A stretch of DNA of 64,000 nt from Sarea resinae (lineage: Eukaryota), in NCBI GenBank assembly GCA_026026165.1, contig JAPEUD010000014.1:1-64000 (forward strand). The letters are read 5' to 3'. Shown piece after piece: positions 1-13,041 of the stretch. Position numbers and translations under genes: made by a program. The first letter of the stretch is position 1, and the number at the start of each line of letters is the position of its first letter. Under the pieces are notes generated by a model. The model was not told the DNA's origin. It ran no database searches and saw only the letters and a program-made list of their open reading frames with translations.

Positions 1-840
1 GGTTAAAGGTAGATAGCTAGAGGGTAGGGTGTTTTAATAGAGGAAAAGCAAAGAAAAAAAGACATTTATATCGCTAGAGAGATGAGGAGAGGGTTAATTA
101 GTTAGTTACTATATAGTTTCATAGTGTATAGAGAAAAGGGCACGTTCTGTTTTTGATTGTATGCATATATGTATCTGTGTATTTCTAGCGCCGGGGGATA
201 GAATGAAAAGAGAAGAGATTCGAATAGAATAGATAGAGTCCTAGCTATAGTATCCCTCAGTCTGTAGACAAGGTTTAGCGTATTCTATCCCAAGATGATG
301 ATACATAACTTAGTCTTGTAATTAAAAGAGAGCAGGGTTCTTTTTTTTTTTCCCCACTCTATTTTGCCATACTATACTTTATCTTTCTGGCTGCGTTTTC
401 AGGTACTTTCCTGTTTTTCTGTTTCTTTTCTTCTCTTTTAGCCCTCTACTTTTTTTTTTCCCCTTCTTTCTTTCTTTTTAAAAAGAGGGGATTTTTCTCG
501 TTGCTTTTTAGAGAGAAGAGAGAAGAGAGAGAGACAAGGTTTAGTGTTAGATATACTCTGACTCTCTCTCTCTAACTCTCTCTAACTCTCTCTTCCTCTT
601 ATCTCCCTCCTTATCTCTCCCTCTACAGGTATGTATGTGGATGTGTACAGAGTATATCACCTCCTCTTTTCTTTCCTACTTGTTTTCCTACTTGTTCTCT
701 TATTCTAGCTTCTCTCTCTACACGCACCAGAGTGAAATACAGGAAACAGCAAATAGTACATAGTGAAAGAGAAGCTATAAGCAAAGGAAAGAAAGGAAAA
801 GAAAAGAAAAGAAAGGAAAGCTAAGACAAGCTAAGGTACT
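1..840. other. AT-rich, low-complexity spacer with TpA excess (RIP-like)
   Basis: Poly-T runs, (GA)/(CT) and (GAAAA) tracts, many TA/TAG words, no ORF of 60 aa or more; lies 3' of HEI10. Confidence 0.6.
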
Positions 841-1003
841 TGCGCCCTGACCCGACCTGTCTTGACTCGACTCGACTCGGCTCGGCTCGGACTGAAATGG
901 TTCAATCTCTACGAAGCAGTACCCCGCCTATCAATCGACTCAGACGTCTTCGCGTTCGTATCGTTCAGGACAAAAGACTAGACACGGAACAGAATCGTAT
1001 AAG

Positions 1004-2648
1004 TCAGTACGTTCCCCTCGCCCCTCCACCACCACCACCAACTCGGCCCAAGACGCCAAACGAGGGTGCTCGGAGCCCCGAAAACGGCTGGGTCGGGGTA
1101 GTCTGAGCGTTGGTACGGTGCTGTTGCTGTTGTGGTGCTGCGTTTTGTTGCCGCGATGGCGTGCCTGCGGTGAAGAAGATCCGCGAGGTCAGTGGCATGC
1201 ACACATCCGGGAAGCAGACATCTACAGAAGAGTGAGAGAAGCTTGGGATCCCGCACCTCGAGTAGCATTTGCGCCACCACCACCAATGCTTGGATGGCTC
1301 GAGGACCCCGACAGCGAGTCTCGTCGCCGAGATGTTTTCATACCCGCGCTCAAACCGTAGCCTGTCAGTGCTGGAGGGTTGCCGACGCTGTTCGGGTGGA
1401 GGCTGGATAATGGCTGGCGATACACTGGAGAGACGTGGGATTGTGAATTGAAGTCTGCAGCTCTTCTGGTTCGGTCTTGGGGGGTGGGCAAATGTTGGCG
1501 GTGACGCGAGGGCGTGGCTAGGGGGTTCGAATTCACATTGGTGGCACGGTCCATATTAGACGCTGGATCTGCGGTGCGTTACACTGGCTGTCACTAAATG
1601 GCAGATCAATCGACCACAATATCAGATGGAGTTCTTACAGGCGTACTGCTGCTCTGGACGTCGGATCGAAGGGGCCATGTTTCTCGTGCCGTCTCCGTGC
1701 TGATAGCTATTCGGTCGCTTTTGCGGTCGAGACTGTTCGGGGCTCGGCTGGTTGGGCACGGCATGTGGCGGATACTGGGCTCCTCTGTGGGGAACAGAAG
1801 CAGCCTCGTGATACCGCGAGTCTCCCTCGTTGATGCCGTCTCGGTCGGCGAGCCGGCGCCCGGCCGTCGACTGTACGGTCTGATCGACGGAGAGCGAGGC
1901 CGCGCTCTGGACCTGCGAGAGAAGCGTCCGGCGTTTGAGCTTGTCGTACAGCTGCTGGGTCTGCAGGTGCTTGCGGCTCTTCTCTCGAAAGGCTTCGACG
2001 ATCTCGTGGTTCTTGCGCTGAAGCTCGTCACGCTCCGATGTGATTCCTACAGAACACCGCAGCAGCTGAGCATGTCTATTTCCTTGCCATCATGTTTGCT
2101 AGACGTACCGGTAAGCTTGTGCCGCATGTCCGCGATCTCGGCATTGGCGTCGTTGATGAGGCGGTCCATCTGGGAGTTGAGCGTCGTATACTTTTCCGTC
2201 CACGTCTTTGCCAGATACTCCTGATACACTCTAGTCGAGGATTAATGACTCGGACCAGATTCACTTGACAACAGGCACTGACACTTCTTGCGTTGCCTGG
2301 TACGTCCAGAAAGCCAGTCCCCGGCCAGCACACTCCATGATGGTCCCGGGGCTGAGGCCGCTCAAGACGCTGGTCTTGTAGTCTTCCGAGGGATTGAGCT
2401 GCGTCGACACGGCATCGTCGAGATTGGGGAGATTGGTCTGGCAGGCGGGACAGGTCCGGTTGCCTTCCACCGAGCTCGAGAGGCCCGAGTGGTCGGAGCA
2501 GGAGAAGCAGAAGATGTGACTGTTCTTGATCAGAGAGATGTCCAAGTCAGACACGTATGTGAGATAGCCACCTGCAAGTTGTGACCACGGCATGGTCCGT
2601 CAGCTGTACGCGGCACTTCAACGAGTTACAACGAAGGGAGAAGTCCAT
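1004..2648 (-). CDS. HEI10: HEI10/CCNB1IP1-like meiotic RING E3 ligase (6 exons)
   Basis: Spliced translation MDFSLRCNSLKCRVQLTDHAVVTTCS|HIFCFSC...TCPACQTNL...LNPSEDYKTSVLSGLSPGTIMECAGRGLAFWTYQATQE, then coiled coil (YQEYLAK...EKSRKHLQTQQLYDKLKRR) and a disordered tail containing RQPL and GYGLSAGMK. GT-AG introns include 2520-2571 and 1166-1256. Confidence 0.88.
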
Positions 2649-3376
2649 GGTGAAGGTGTTGAATGAGTGTTGTTAGTAGCAGGAAATGTTGGAACGGTTG
2701 GAGGCCCATGAGCAGGCGAGCACTCGGATCGATCTACGGTGCTTCTCTAGTAGCAGCTTGAGGGCATCGTGAGAGAGAGAAGATGCCGTCCAAGCATAGA
2801 GACGTTGTCAATGGCCGTGACATTGATCGAGTGGTTGCTCAAGGGACCATTCTTGCCAGCACCGTCGATATCCGCACGCCAGGAGAACGAGGAATACAGA
2901 CTCTGCAGGCAGTACGTGCATCGATCAGAGAACGAGACGCCATCTCTACGAGACAGCCATGAAACAGCAGCTCACTCATTACTCATTAGGGGTCACTCGT
3001 CACTCATCACGGAGGCTCTTCAACTGGTCGAATTGGACGATAATGAAGGGCTGAAGCCTCTTGAATTGCCGTATTCGTCAGTGTTGCGGGCCTGGGCTTA
3101 TCAGATGAGCCTAGTACCAGATCGGCTAGCAGATGCGAGCGCAGACCCGTTATCGCATATCCATCTACGGAGTACTGCGCCGTGCAAATCCGGTACTCGT
3201 ACTCTCCAACCAACGTCACAAACTGCCAAAAGCCCGACAACAGCTCCAATGCATCACGGCTTCGTGCTCTTCTGCAAGCAGTAGGCCTGCGCCTGGCCCT
3301 CAAAAACAAACGCCCACTTTCCTCCCTCGGTCCTCAGTCCTCAGTCCTCATCCTCCGTCCCCATTCTCCGCTCATC

Positions 3377-4714
3377 ATGGACAACAACCCTTCGCCCTCG
3401 TCCACCCCGTCCCGGACCTCGACTCCCAATCCCGCCAACTCGCGCTTCACCGCCCAGAGCTCGACCGCCGAAGACCTCCTGAAGAACCAAACCGTCGGCC
3501 TGGTCCACCTGTCCGAATTCCGCAAACGACGCGCCGAGGCCCTCGAGCAAAAGGAACGAGAGGCGCAGAACAGGACGCTGGGGAAATCCACGTCGGGGAC
3601 CGCCACGCCCGACGGTGACGGGTAAGCTCTTCTCTGCCGACCCTGTCCATACCGGTGTGAGGGTAGTGTCTGATGGTAAAAGTACAGCGCATCGACGCCT
3701 CACCAACCGCCGAAGAAGAAGCGCAAGCCCGTAGCCAAAGGCAAACTATCATTCGGCGTCGACGACGATGACGAAAACGAAAACGAAGTATCCTCCACCC
3801 CAAGCTCAACCACGCCCGACGAACGCGCCTCCGCAACCCCACCGCAGCCACCATCAGAGACCTCTGCGTCGCTGAAAAAGAAACGCCTAGGCCCCAACGC
3901 CTCGCTCAGCGTCGCCCCCAAAGCGCTCACCAAATCGGCGCTGCTGCGCGAAGCGCAAACGCGCGAACAACTGCGCAAGGAATTCCTTGCTCTGCAGGAA
4001 GCCGTCAAAGCGACCGAGATCGTGATCCCGTTCGTCTTCTACGACGGCACCAACATCCCCGGCGGCGAATGCCGGGTCAAAAAGGGCGACTTCATCTGGC
4101 TCTTCCTGGACAAGGCGCGCAAAGTCGGCGCCGAGCTGGGCGTGGGCGGCGCGGGCGAGAAGGCCAACAGTCGCCGTGAATGGGCCCGCGTGGGCATCGA
4201 CGATCTCATGCTCGTGAGGGGCGAGATCATCATCCCACATGTGAGCCACCACTCCCCATTTTCTCTCTCTCTCTCTCTCTCTCTCGTAGCGATAGCACTC
4301 AACTGACTCTACCCGTCCTCCTTCTCACAGCACTACGACTTCTACTATTTCATAGTCAACAAGACCAAAGACCTCAACAACGCGCCCCTCTTCGACTACA
4401 GCTCGCAGCCCACCACCACCACCACCACCACCCACACAGACCCCCACTCGCGCTCTCATTCTCATTCCCATTCCCATTCCCGCTCCCGTTCTCGTTCCTC
4501 ATCCACAGCACCACCACCGCCCACCACCACCACCACCACCCCGCTCGAAGGCAGCACCGACGACCCGACCTTCACCAAAGTCGTCGACCGCCGCTGGTAC
4601 GAGCGCAACAAGCACATCTTCCCCGCCAGCGTGTGGGAGGACTTTGATCCCGCCAAGGATTACACCAAGGGCGTCAAGAAGGATACCGAGGGGAATGCGT
4701 TTTTCTTCTCGTAG
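3377..4714 (+). CDS. XAP5: FAM50/XAP5 family nuclear protein (3 exons)
   Basis: N-terminus [33 protein letters not shown]5 domain [14 protein letters not shown]...[11 protein letters not shown]...[21 protein letters not shown]...[26 protein letters not shown]. Introns ~3622-3687 and 4241-4330. Confidence 0.92.
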
Positions 4715-4788
4715 GATGGAGTCGAGGAGATGAAGAGGAGAGGGGGCAGGGATGAAGAGCATAAACCGTACCAGAAGACGGCGTAGAG

Positions 4789-4802
4789 CAGGCAGACAGG
4801 CA

Positions 4803-4848
<46 letters not shown>

Positions 4849-4850
4849 CA
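4789..4850 (+). repeat. (CAGG/CAGA)n tetranucleotide microsatellite
   Basis: Direct reading: caggcagacaggcagacaggcaggcagg... Confidence 0.95.
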
Positions 4851-7800
4851 TCATAAACGCCCACCACGGACGGGCCGGGAAGTGACCGAGGAAAGCGAGA
4901 GAACATCGACAACCCCCTCCCCTACAAAAGAACAGGACATGATTCGAATCTATCTCTCTATCTCTTTTCCAAAAAATTTCAAACCCTCTAGATCTCGATC
5001 TCGATCTCGATCTCGCGCCAACTATATCTCTTTCTAATTCCCCCGACCAATCAACCAAATCAATAACTAAGTAAATCAAGGCATGAGTAAATAGATGGAT
5101 ACATAGATCTGATAGAAGGGAAAAAAAGTTGAAAGTAAACAAGAAATCCCCCTACAAGATCTCACATCAGAACCACCATCACCATCACCATCATCATCAC
5201 CCCTTCCCCCCCCCGCGCCACCCTCTCATCCACCTTTTCTGACTAAATCAAAAAGAAGACAGAAACATCGGGGCAAAAATGTCATTCTTCTACCTATCCC
5301 GAATCCAAAAATCTCCAGGCCCTCCTAACCTCCCATCTACCTGTCCGACAAGCAACTCGAAAGTAAATACAGACGCGAAAGCCCATCAAGAACTCCTCGG
5401 ATCTTCCGCGAGAGAAGACGCTGCATAGGTAGACGGTCTATAGGTAGGCTCGTGGTGCGGTGCGGTGCGGTGCGGTGTATACCCCGTCTGCCTCACTGAA
5501 TGACGGATGGAGGTTCAAAATAACCCCCGAACAGCTGGCCGTCAGGCGTCGTGGAGAAGTGAGGTGCAAAACAGGCTCCCCTTTCCCCGCCTCTCTCTCT
5601 CTCTCTCCGAGTCCTCTCAGCCAGTTTGTATTATTGTGTGAGGCTTCATGCTGGACCAGTACCGAATTCGAAATGCGTTGAACGTCTCAGAGCAATGACA
5701 GAGATAAGTCCTGACAGGACTGATACCTCTCGTCGTCGGTTAGTAGGCAATGATGCTATCAGAGTAGAAGAAGGCCCACAACGAGCACGAAGAAAGAACG
5801 CTTCTTGTTCTCCTCGGCCCCAAAACAAGACGAACCCTAGATCCCACAGCCCTTTGCCCCTTTCCCCGCCCACATCACATTGTCTCTCCCCCTCTTGCAG
5901 CTCTCCAAACAGTGCCGGGAACGCTTTCCTCCTACAGTAAACGTATGCCTGAGGATCCGAGAAACCCCACATGACACGTCACGTCTCGTCAAAGGTCCTT
6001 CGTTCCATCATCAGCTCGGGCCAAGGAATGAGGACCATGTCGCTGAGGAGTAACAAGGGTATGTCTCCGAAGCGAAGATGTATGACAGTATGGGGCATTA
6101 CTTGCGTGTGGCATGCATGGCTTGAGGGTTCCTGGGCCCCTGCAGGTTCTATGCATGTCAAAGGTATCGGGACGAGCGGCCGAGGGAAACAATGTGGGCG
6201 TAGACGATATGCGATAGATCCATAGTCTTGTTATTAGTCGATGCAATGCAATGTACTGCGGAGGTAAGGCTTGTTGGACTGAAACGGTTGACGAATCCTG
6301 TAAGTTGGTTGGACGAATAGTTGGTCTCTGTGCACAGGTCGGAAGAGGAACCCGCCAGCGGACAGGAGGATCTTCAATCTTGCAATTCGGACGAGCAAAA
6401 GTTGTCGCCTTGCCACAATTCAGCTAAATGCCTATGCCTGCCAATCAAGGTCGGTAGGAGAGAACTTGTTGAATTGACAAGGCTACATCTTGACGTGCGG
6501 TTAATTACATGCCGTTAGTGATTCCTGCTCCAAACCACTCGATCCTCAGTCTAGATCAGATGTGTACTCTTCGTACTAGGTCCTTTGCAAGCCCAAATCA
6601 AAGGACGCAGCAATGCCGTTTGGTGAGAGACACCGCGGGATGTCGTTGCTCGTAGTCATATTTCCAGATGACAGCGAGGGTCAGCTGGGTGGAGACAACT
6701 GGTGCTACTAATGCATGCTGCAAGAGCAAAACTCTGGCAATTGCGGGCAGCACCACAGAATCTAAACGATATTTGACGGATCATCACTGCAGTCAAAGCG
6801 AGTGCGCCATGGACTATCTCCAGACGGGCAGATTGCATGGCTGATGATGGAAGTCAATATTAAGTCACTGGTGCGTCTCAACGCTATCGGTTGTCCAGGT
6901 GACCGACTGGCCACCAAGCCCTGCTTGGCAGGTTAGCTGTTCGAGCCCAGTCATCGCCATCAGATACGAGAACTTGGCTGGGGTCATCGGCATCGAGTAG
7001 CTGCCAGGTTTGTCCCTTTCAAGAAATTTATTCCATCTTGCACCAGAACAATTGCTGGAATTGATAGCATTGACCGATGATAGGGCGCCTCGGGCAGGGC
7101 TCCACGTTGCCGTTGAAATGGCCGATGCAAACGATCAACGATAGCCCATGTGGAGGGTGATGCTTCCTCTTATTTCTAGCGCTAGAGTATTATGCTGGAT
7201 GCCGAGACACAGATTAGGTGATTCGTATCGGATGGACTGGCGATAAAGTCAAAGTGAATGGCTTCAGAGATAGTTAAATCTTTCTTTCATGCGTTGATAG
7301 GAAGGAAACATTGACGATCAAACTGATAAGTACCGTCAGAGTATTCAAAATTTTTGAAGAGACCGTTACATACGCTAAACGTAAGCGCATGCGAGAAAGA
7401 ATTGATTGATCTTGGTTATTTTGTGTGACGCTTTCTCTCCAAAACGGGCACGTGCCGATGTCGTCGCGAGGATAACAATAAGAATTCCGACTCAGGCCGC
7501 TTGTTCTCTGTCCGCGGTTCGCCTGTTTTAGATCGGAACGCCGATAAGTCAGTGACAGATGCATTCCACTGCACATCGTGCCGGTAGCTGGCGGAACTTC
7601 TATAGGACTTGTGTGTCTCGACAACTTCGTTTGTTGTTACCTTGAAGACTAAGGAAGTCACTGCGACAAAGTGAACAGCTCCGCCGATTTCGAACCAGCG
7701 CGGACTTCGCATTGGCGTATCGCGGCAACTTGATTGGCCAGAAAGCAGACGGGGAGGAGTTGTCAAGAAACAATACGCAGTACGTTGTCAAACAGAGGAG

Positions 7801-10155
7801 AAAATGGTGGTGTGAGGGCATTTCGCGAACCATCCGGGGGTTGACGGATTAGCGTTACTCGCAGCAGTTGATGATCTTCATTTCCCAACCCGGGCACAGA
7901 TCATTCAGATAGCAGCAGTCGCCCGGTCAATCGCGCGAAAAAGAACTCGAAGGCGAGCATGAAAAGAAAAGAAGAGAAAGGTAGAAAGACATCCTTTTTT
8001 TTTTCTGGTGACCGCCGCCCAGTGAGACGAGGTGGGCAGAAGTGGCCATTCCACGCCAGGTCCCGACCTCGCTATGACGACGAACATCACCACATGATTA
8101 TCGGCGACAACGACAGCGAGAGAGGCGGGTGCGCACCGACTAGGCCTCTGCTTCCGTGACTTCCACTCGGAAGTTGCGCCGGAACAGCTGCACGGCTTGC
8201 TATCTGTCCATCAGTCTCAGAGGCGTCCTCTGCCCCACATACGCTAGCTAGAAAAGTCATGTCGAAGAGCGTGAGGATGCCGCCATGTTCGCCGGCCAGC
8301 GACAGGATTCCCGAGGACGGTTGCCACTGGGGAAGGCGCCGGATGTGATTCGAAGCAATGAGATGCGCGATGCAGCTGATGAGTCTGGCCTTGAGAGGAA
8401 GCAGGAAGTAGGGAGTACTCGATCAGTAGCCATCGGACGCAACAGTCAGCATCCCTTTGAGATGCTGGACCGACCTGCCACCATTCAACAACGGTGGTCG
8501 TCGAGGTGAAGTCGAAGTACCGAGGTACAGCTGCACCTACCTCGCTCAGGCAGGTACTGGGTACCGCGTACCTCCACTGTCTTCTTTTGCAGACCCGAAG
8601 ACTGAGCTGGAGGTCCACGGCGGGCCATGTCGTAGACGAAAGAGTGAGAACAAGGGCAATCAGGCCAAGTGCAAGTCACGAGTCACGAATACCGACACGC
8701 CTCGATGTACGCAATACTTTGATCACGGAGTAGACACTCCAGAGGTGAAACGAAGGGAGATTTGAAGACACGAAAGAGCTGACGAATGCCGAACGCTTGG
8801 CAACTCCCTCTGTCCGCCCTCGTCCAGGATATCTGATTTGATGTTGGGATACCTACATGCTACGTATGGGAATAATCATCATTGATCGGAAATCAGCTTC
8901 CCCCGCACGGCTCAGCCTCGTACGATCGAGCCTTTCCTCCCTGAGATAGGTATTTCTACAGCCGTGGCGATGGACGTCCAGATCATTCCCCAGCGCGCCG
9001 GGACGGGCATGAGGGCGACGAGGGCGACGAGGGCGACGAGGGCACTGAGGGCCATGATACGTTCCGACGGTCATGGATCGATCGCAACTTCTCAGGTCGC
9101 TCTTGCGTGATCGTGGACTCTACTCTGCTCTTGTCCTAGCCGAGGGAACCGACTCTCGCTTGGCTCTGTTGGAGGTATCTGCTCGAGGGAACTCGACGGT
9201 ACGCTATATCATAGTATTCGAGATGAATCGCCAATCCATCCACCTCCTGCCTGCGGCTCCCCAAGGTTGGCCTCTCGGCTCTGGCGCACAGCGACTACTG
9301 TAGGCACCTGTATCCGTACCTAGGACCTAGCACACTGGCCTGGGTACTTGGCCTGCCCTAGGTGTCACTCTCCTGCCTAGCCGTCCGGCAAGGCACCGCT
9401 AGCATGGATCCAGTGTCTCTTCGTACTGATTGTACTCCCCGGCTCATTGGGGGGCGCGTCAAGTACCGTCTACCATGATCTCCCCTTACCCCGTCCACCA
9501 TGCCCCCCAGTCATTCTTTGCTTTTCCCGCGACACACCGCAAAAAGACGTCGCCTTAGCGTCAAGGCGTTCCTCGAAGGTACCCCGTACCGAATGGCCTA
9601 ATCGCCATCATCATCGTCGTCGTCAATCGCGTCGTCAAGCCATTTCTCTCCAGCTCCTACCTGCCTGCCTTGCCTTGCCTTGCCTTGCCCTGCCCTGCCC
9701 TGCCTTGCTCTCTCCGTCTGCTCCCCTCCTGGCCGTACGGTGAACGATAAGGTATGCAGCCTCGACGGCGGTAGGCTCGCCCCAGATCCATGGTCTCTTG
9801 GTGCCAGAGCTGCTTCTCCTGAGGCGCCCGCTCGTACTCTTCACCGAGTCGACTCGACTAGACAGCAGAGTGCAATTGTTGGTCCCGCGCACGACCTAGA
9901 ACTGCGGTGGTCCCCTTATGTGGACCTGCTACTTCACATCGACACCATGAGCCACTCTCCGACCCTGCCGATCAGCTCCCGTCGTCACAGACTTCCGGAT
10001 GAGAGATGATGCGGCCGCTCACCAGGCCATGCGTTCCAGTCATGTACCACCTCTCTTCCCCACATACCGTAAACCGCTTCAGGCAATCATTCACTGTCAG
10101 ACGAGCTCGTCTGATGGTCCTCGCCCACAGGACAATTAGGTGCTTGCTTTCATCG

Positions 10156-10183
10156 ATGGTGCAATCGCTCTCTCTCTATATAA
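10156..10183 (+). promoter_or_regulatory. Candidate CYS-3/MetR (sulfur bZIP) site followed by a TATA box
   Basis: ATGGTGCAAT (10156-10165), one mismatch from the CYS-3 consensus ATGRYRYCAT, and TATATAA (10177-10183), ~170-200 nt upstream of a sulfonate-dioxygenase-like ATG. Confidence 0.4.
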
Positions 10184-10353
10184 TGCCAGCGTCCTCTCAT
10201 TTATTTCGAGTCTTGTATTTCACGATCCAAGCTGGCAATTGTTTCCATTGCTCGACACGCCTGCAAATATATCAGCACCGTCCACTATCTCTAGCTTTTT
10301 GAGAACAATACACACTTTCTCTTTATACCATCATACCAAGCCTCGACGTCGTG

Positions 10354-11649
10354 ATGGCTCCGTCTCTCGAAGAGCCTGTTACTGCTCCTACCACCCTCCC
10401 CATCGTGGGAACCAAAGTCGGTCAACTGCCCAAGCAGTCGACCCCGCTCCACTATGAGCCCGGCCGTACCAAGATCGAGTCTTACGACAGCACATATGAG
10501 TTCGAAGATCTTCGGCCACGCTTCCCAGACGTCCATTGGGATGCTTTGACCGAGGTGCCGTACCATGACAAGGGTTTCCTCGGCGACCCTGAGTTCCGCA
10601 ATCTGCTGGACGGTGCCACGGACGTGTTTGATTACAACCCCAAGATCGGTACCGAGATCCATGGAGTCGACCTGAGCCAACTCACAGACGCCCAGAAGAA
10701 CGATCTGGCACGGCTCATCTCCGTTCGTGGTGTCGTGTTCTTCCGCAACCAGAAGAACCTTGACATCGACAAGCAACGCGAGCTGGGAGCCTACTTCGGC
10801 AAACTCCACAAGCATGCCACGACCTCTGTGCCGCGTCGAGAAGGTTTGGAGGACGTTCATGTCATCTTCACCGAGGGAGACAAGGATATGAGGGCCATGT
10901 TCACACCCAGCTTCCTGTGGCACTCTGATGTAAGCCCGTCTGTCCCCACGCACATGTTCTCAACTGACCATTGATCATAGGTTTCATACGAAATTCAACC
11001 CCCGTCATACACTTCCCTCAAAGTCCTTACTGGACCGCCGCGAGGTGGTGGGGGCGACACTCTCTGGTCGTCGCAATATGCCGCTTACGATGCTCTTTCG
11101 CCTCCAATGCAGAAATATCTTGAGAGCTTGACCGCTCTTCACTCGGCTCAGATACAAGCCGATGGATCAAAGGCATTGGGCAGAACTGTCCGTCGAGAGC
11201 CGATTGTCACCGAGCACCCACTCGTGCGGACCCACCCCGTCACCGGTTGGAAATCTCTCTTTTTTAACCCCGGCTTCGTCACCAAGATTGTCGGCATCCC
11301 CAAGACTGAGAGCGATGCCATCCTCGCGTATCTCAACGAGGTCGTGGCCACCACTCAGGAGCTGCATGTGCGCTTCCAATGGAACAAGCACGATGTCGCT
11401 TTCTGGGACAACCGTATCTGTGTATGTTTTCTGAGATCTCCGTTACTCTTCGTCACTAACAGGACGCAGGGCCACTCGGCATCTTACGGCTTTGCTCCAC
11501 ACCGTCGACACGGCGTCCGCGTCGCCTGCCACGCCGAACGCCCTTACCTTGACCCTGCAAGCACTTCTCAGGAGGACGAGTATTGCGCGCGGTACGGACT
11601 GCCAAAGGTCAACAAGGATGGATCGGGCCAGGTGAATTACAATGATTGA
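10354..11649 (+). CDS. TauD/TfdA-family Fe(II)/2-oxoglutarate-dependent (sulfonate) dioxygenase, JLP1-like (3 exons)
   Basis: PKIGTEIHGVDL, RGVVFFRNQ, WHSD|VSYE (HxD), GGDTLW, HPLVRTHPVTG, FWDNRIC|GHSA. Introns 10930-10980 and 11422-11469. Confidence 0.93.
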
Positions 11650-13041
11650 ACGAGCAGGGTTAGCTTCCTGGTGCAGCGACTTTTGTTTTTGTGTTTTTCT
11701 ATTTTCCCCTGGCATTTCGGGTCGATGCGCTTGAGCGGGCGTTGTTATTTTGGATAGCGTCCGGCGACATGCCTGCAAATTGGACCTTGGCCGCATCAGT
11801 ACATACCCACGAATTACGACCCACAGTATATGCCACAAAAGCCGGAGCTTTTTTCTGATCTAGGTAGAAAATGGAAAGCATCTCATTGCAATGATGAACG
11901 AGTGCTTCCGTACAGTGCCTGACATGTGGAGAGTGTACGTTGGAAATTACCATATTTGTAGAGGGTGCCCCGCGCGATACGGGAACGGGGACGTCATAGT
12001 AGTCATGGCGGCTAGTAGTACAGAGAGGTATGAGGAGAAAGGCTCGGGAAGCTTTCTCGTGATGCAGATCATCCCACGCACTGCTGATTTCCCCAAGAGG
12101 CAGTGCAAGTGAATGATGGAACACCAAACACCAAGAACTCGAGGGTCGCAGGTCGTTCGAATTACCTCAGGTTGCAGTTGAGGGCTCGAGGGCGGATGAT
12201 TAATACTCCGCAAGCAGATATTATGGATCCCCACAGACATCTCCGCCCACCCCCTCCTCATCGGACTCCACACCTCCACCATCGTGCACCATCGTGCACC
12301 TACCAAGGTAATGTATATCAAGTATCGATACCTGAGCATCGGGCTCCCATCTCGCTCGGTACTGTGATCGACCATTGGATCTGATGATGTGCTTGCTCTC
12401 CACGTGCCCAGAGGGGGGGGGGTGGCGGGTTCATTCATGATCGTCGTCGGGGATGCTTCCATGGATTTCACGAGTGTCATCCCACGGTGGGCACTATGCA
12501 CTCAGATCCCAGATCGATCACCTCATGCATCGGTGACCCTATCTGATAGATCGATGAGAAAATGCAGCTACATTGCCCTCCAAACACCTCATGAGTGCTG
12601 TTGTCTGCGATGGATCCATGGATGAGACAGCCGATCCGACGACTCTGCTTGGTTTGCATCGTTGAGACTTGCTACCAGATGACTGGGTGATTCTCCCTGC
12701 ATTGGATTTGCGAGTATGGTTGTGGTGGCGTTGCTGTAGCATCGAGCGTCTATGCGTCTGAAAAAGATGATCGAGCAATGCAATCAATCTACTAAACTCT
12801 GAGCTGTCAAGTACCTCGGGCTTGAGAGGATGCCTTACAGAGACTTCCAGCTTCTGTTGAAGAATCGTTTGTGGATTCTGCCATTTGAATCTTTCGATAC
12901 TAATCGTCGGTATCAGCTATGAGCCACCTCTCTCTAGCATATCTCCTATATCAGCATCATCTCCATCGCCATCATTATTATAAGCCACATCCACTCGACT
13001 AGAAGAGCGAACTCTACATACTCAGGGCTACCGCAACCACC

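Noticed and set aside
1..100. GGTTA/GGGTA words at the window start as telomeric repeats
   Set aside because: No tandem TTAGGG array, and no TAACCCTAA telomerase template noticed elsewhere.
1598..2224. 208-aa plus-strand ORF
   Set aside because: Antisense shadow of HEI10 exons; no recognisable motifs.
8370..8410. CTGATGAG as a hammerhead ribozyme core
   Set aside because: No stem II followed by GAAA could be built.
10354..11649. TauD-like gene as part of a secondary-metabolite cluster
   Set aside because: No PKS, NRPS, terpene synthase, transporter or Zn2Cys6 regulator in the window.
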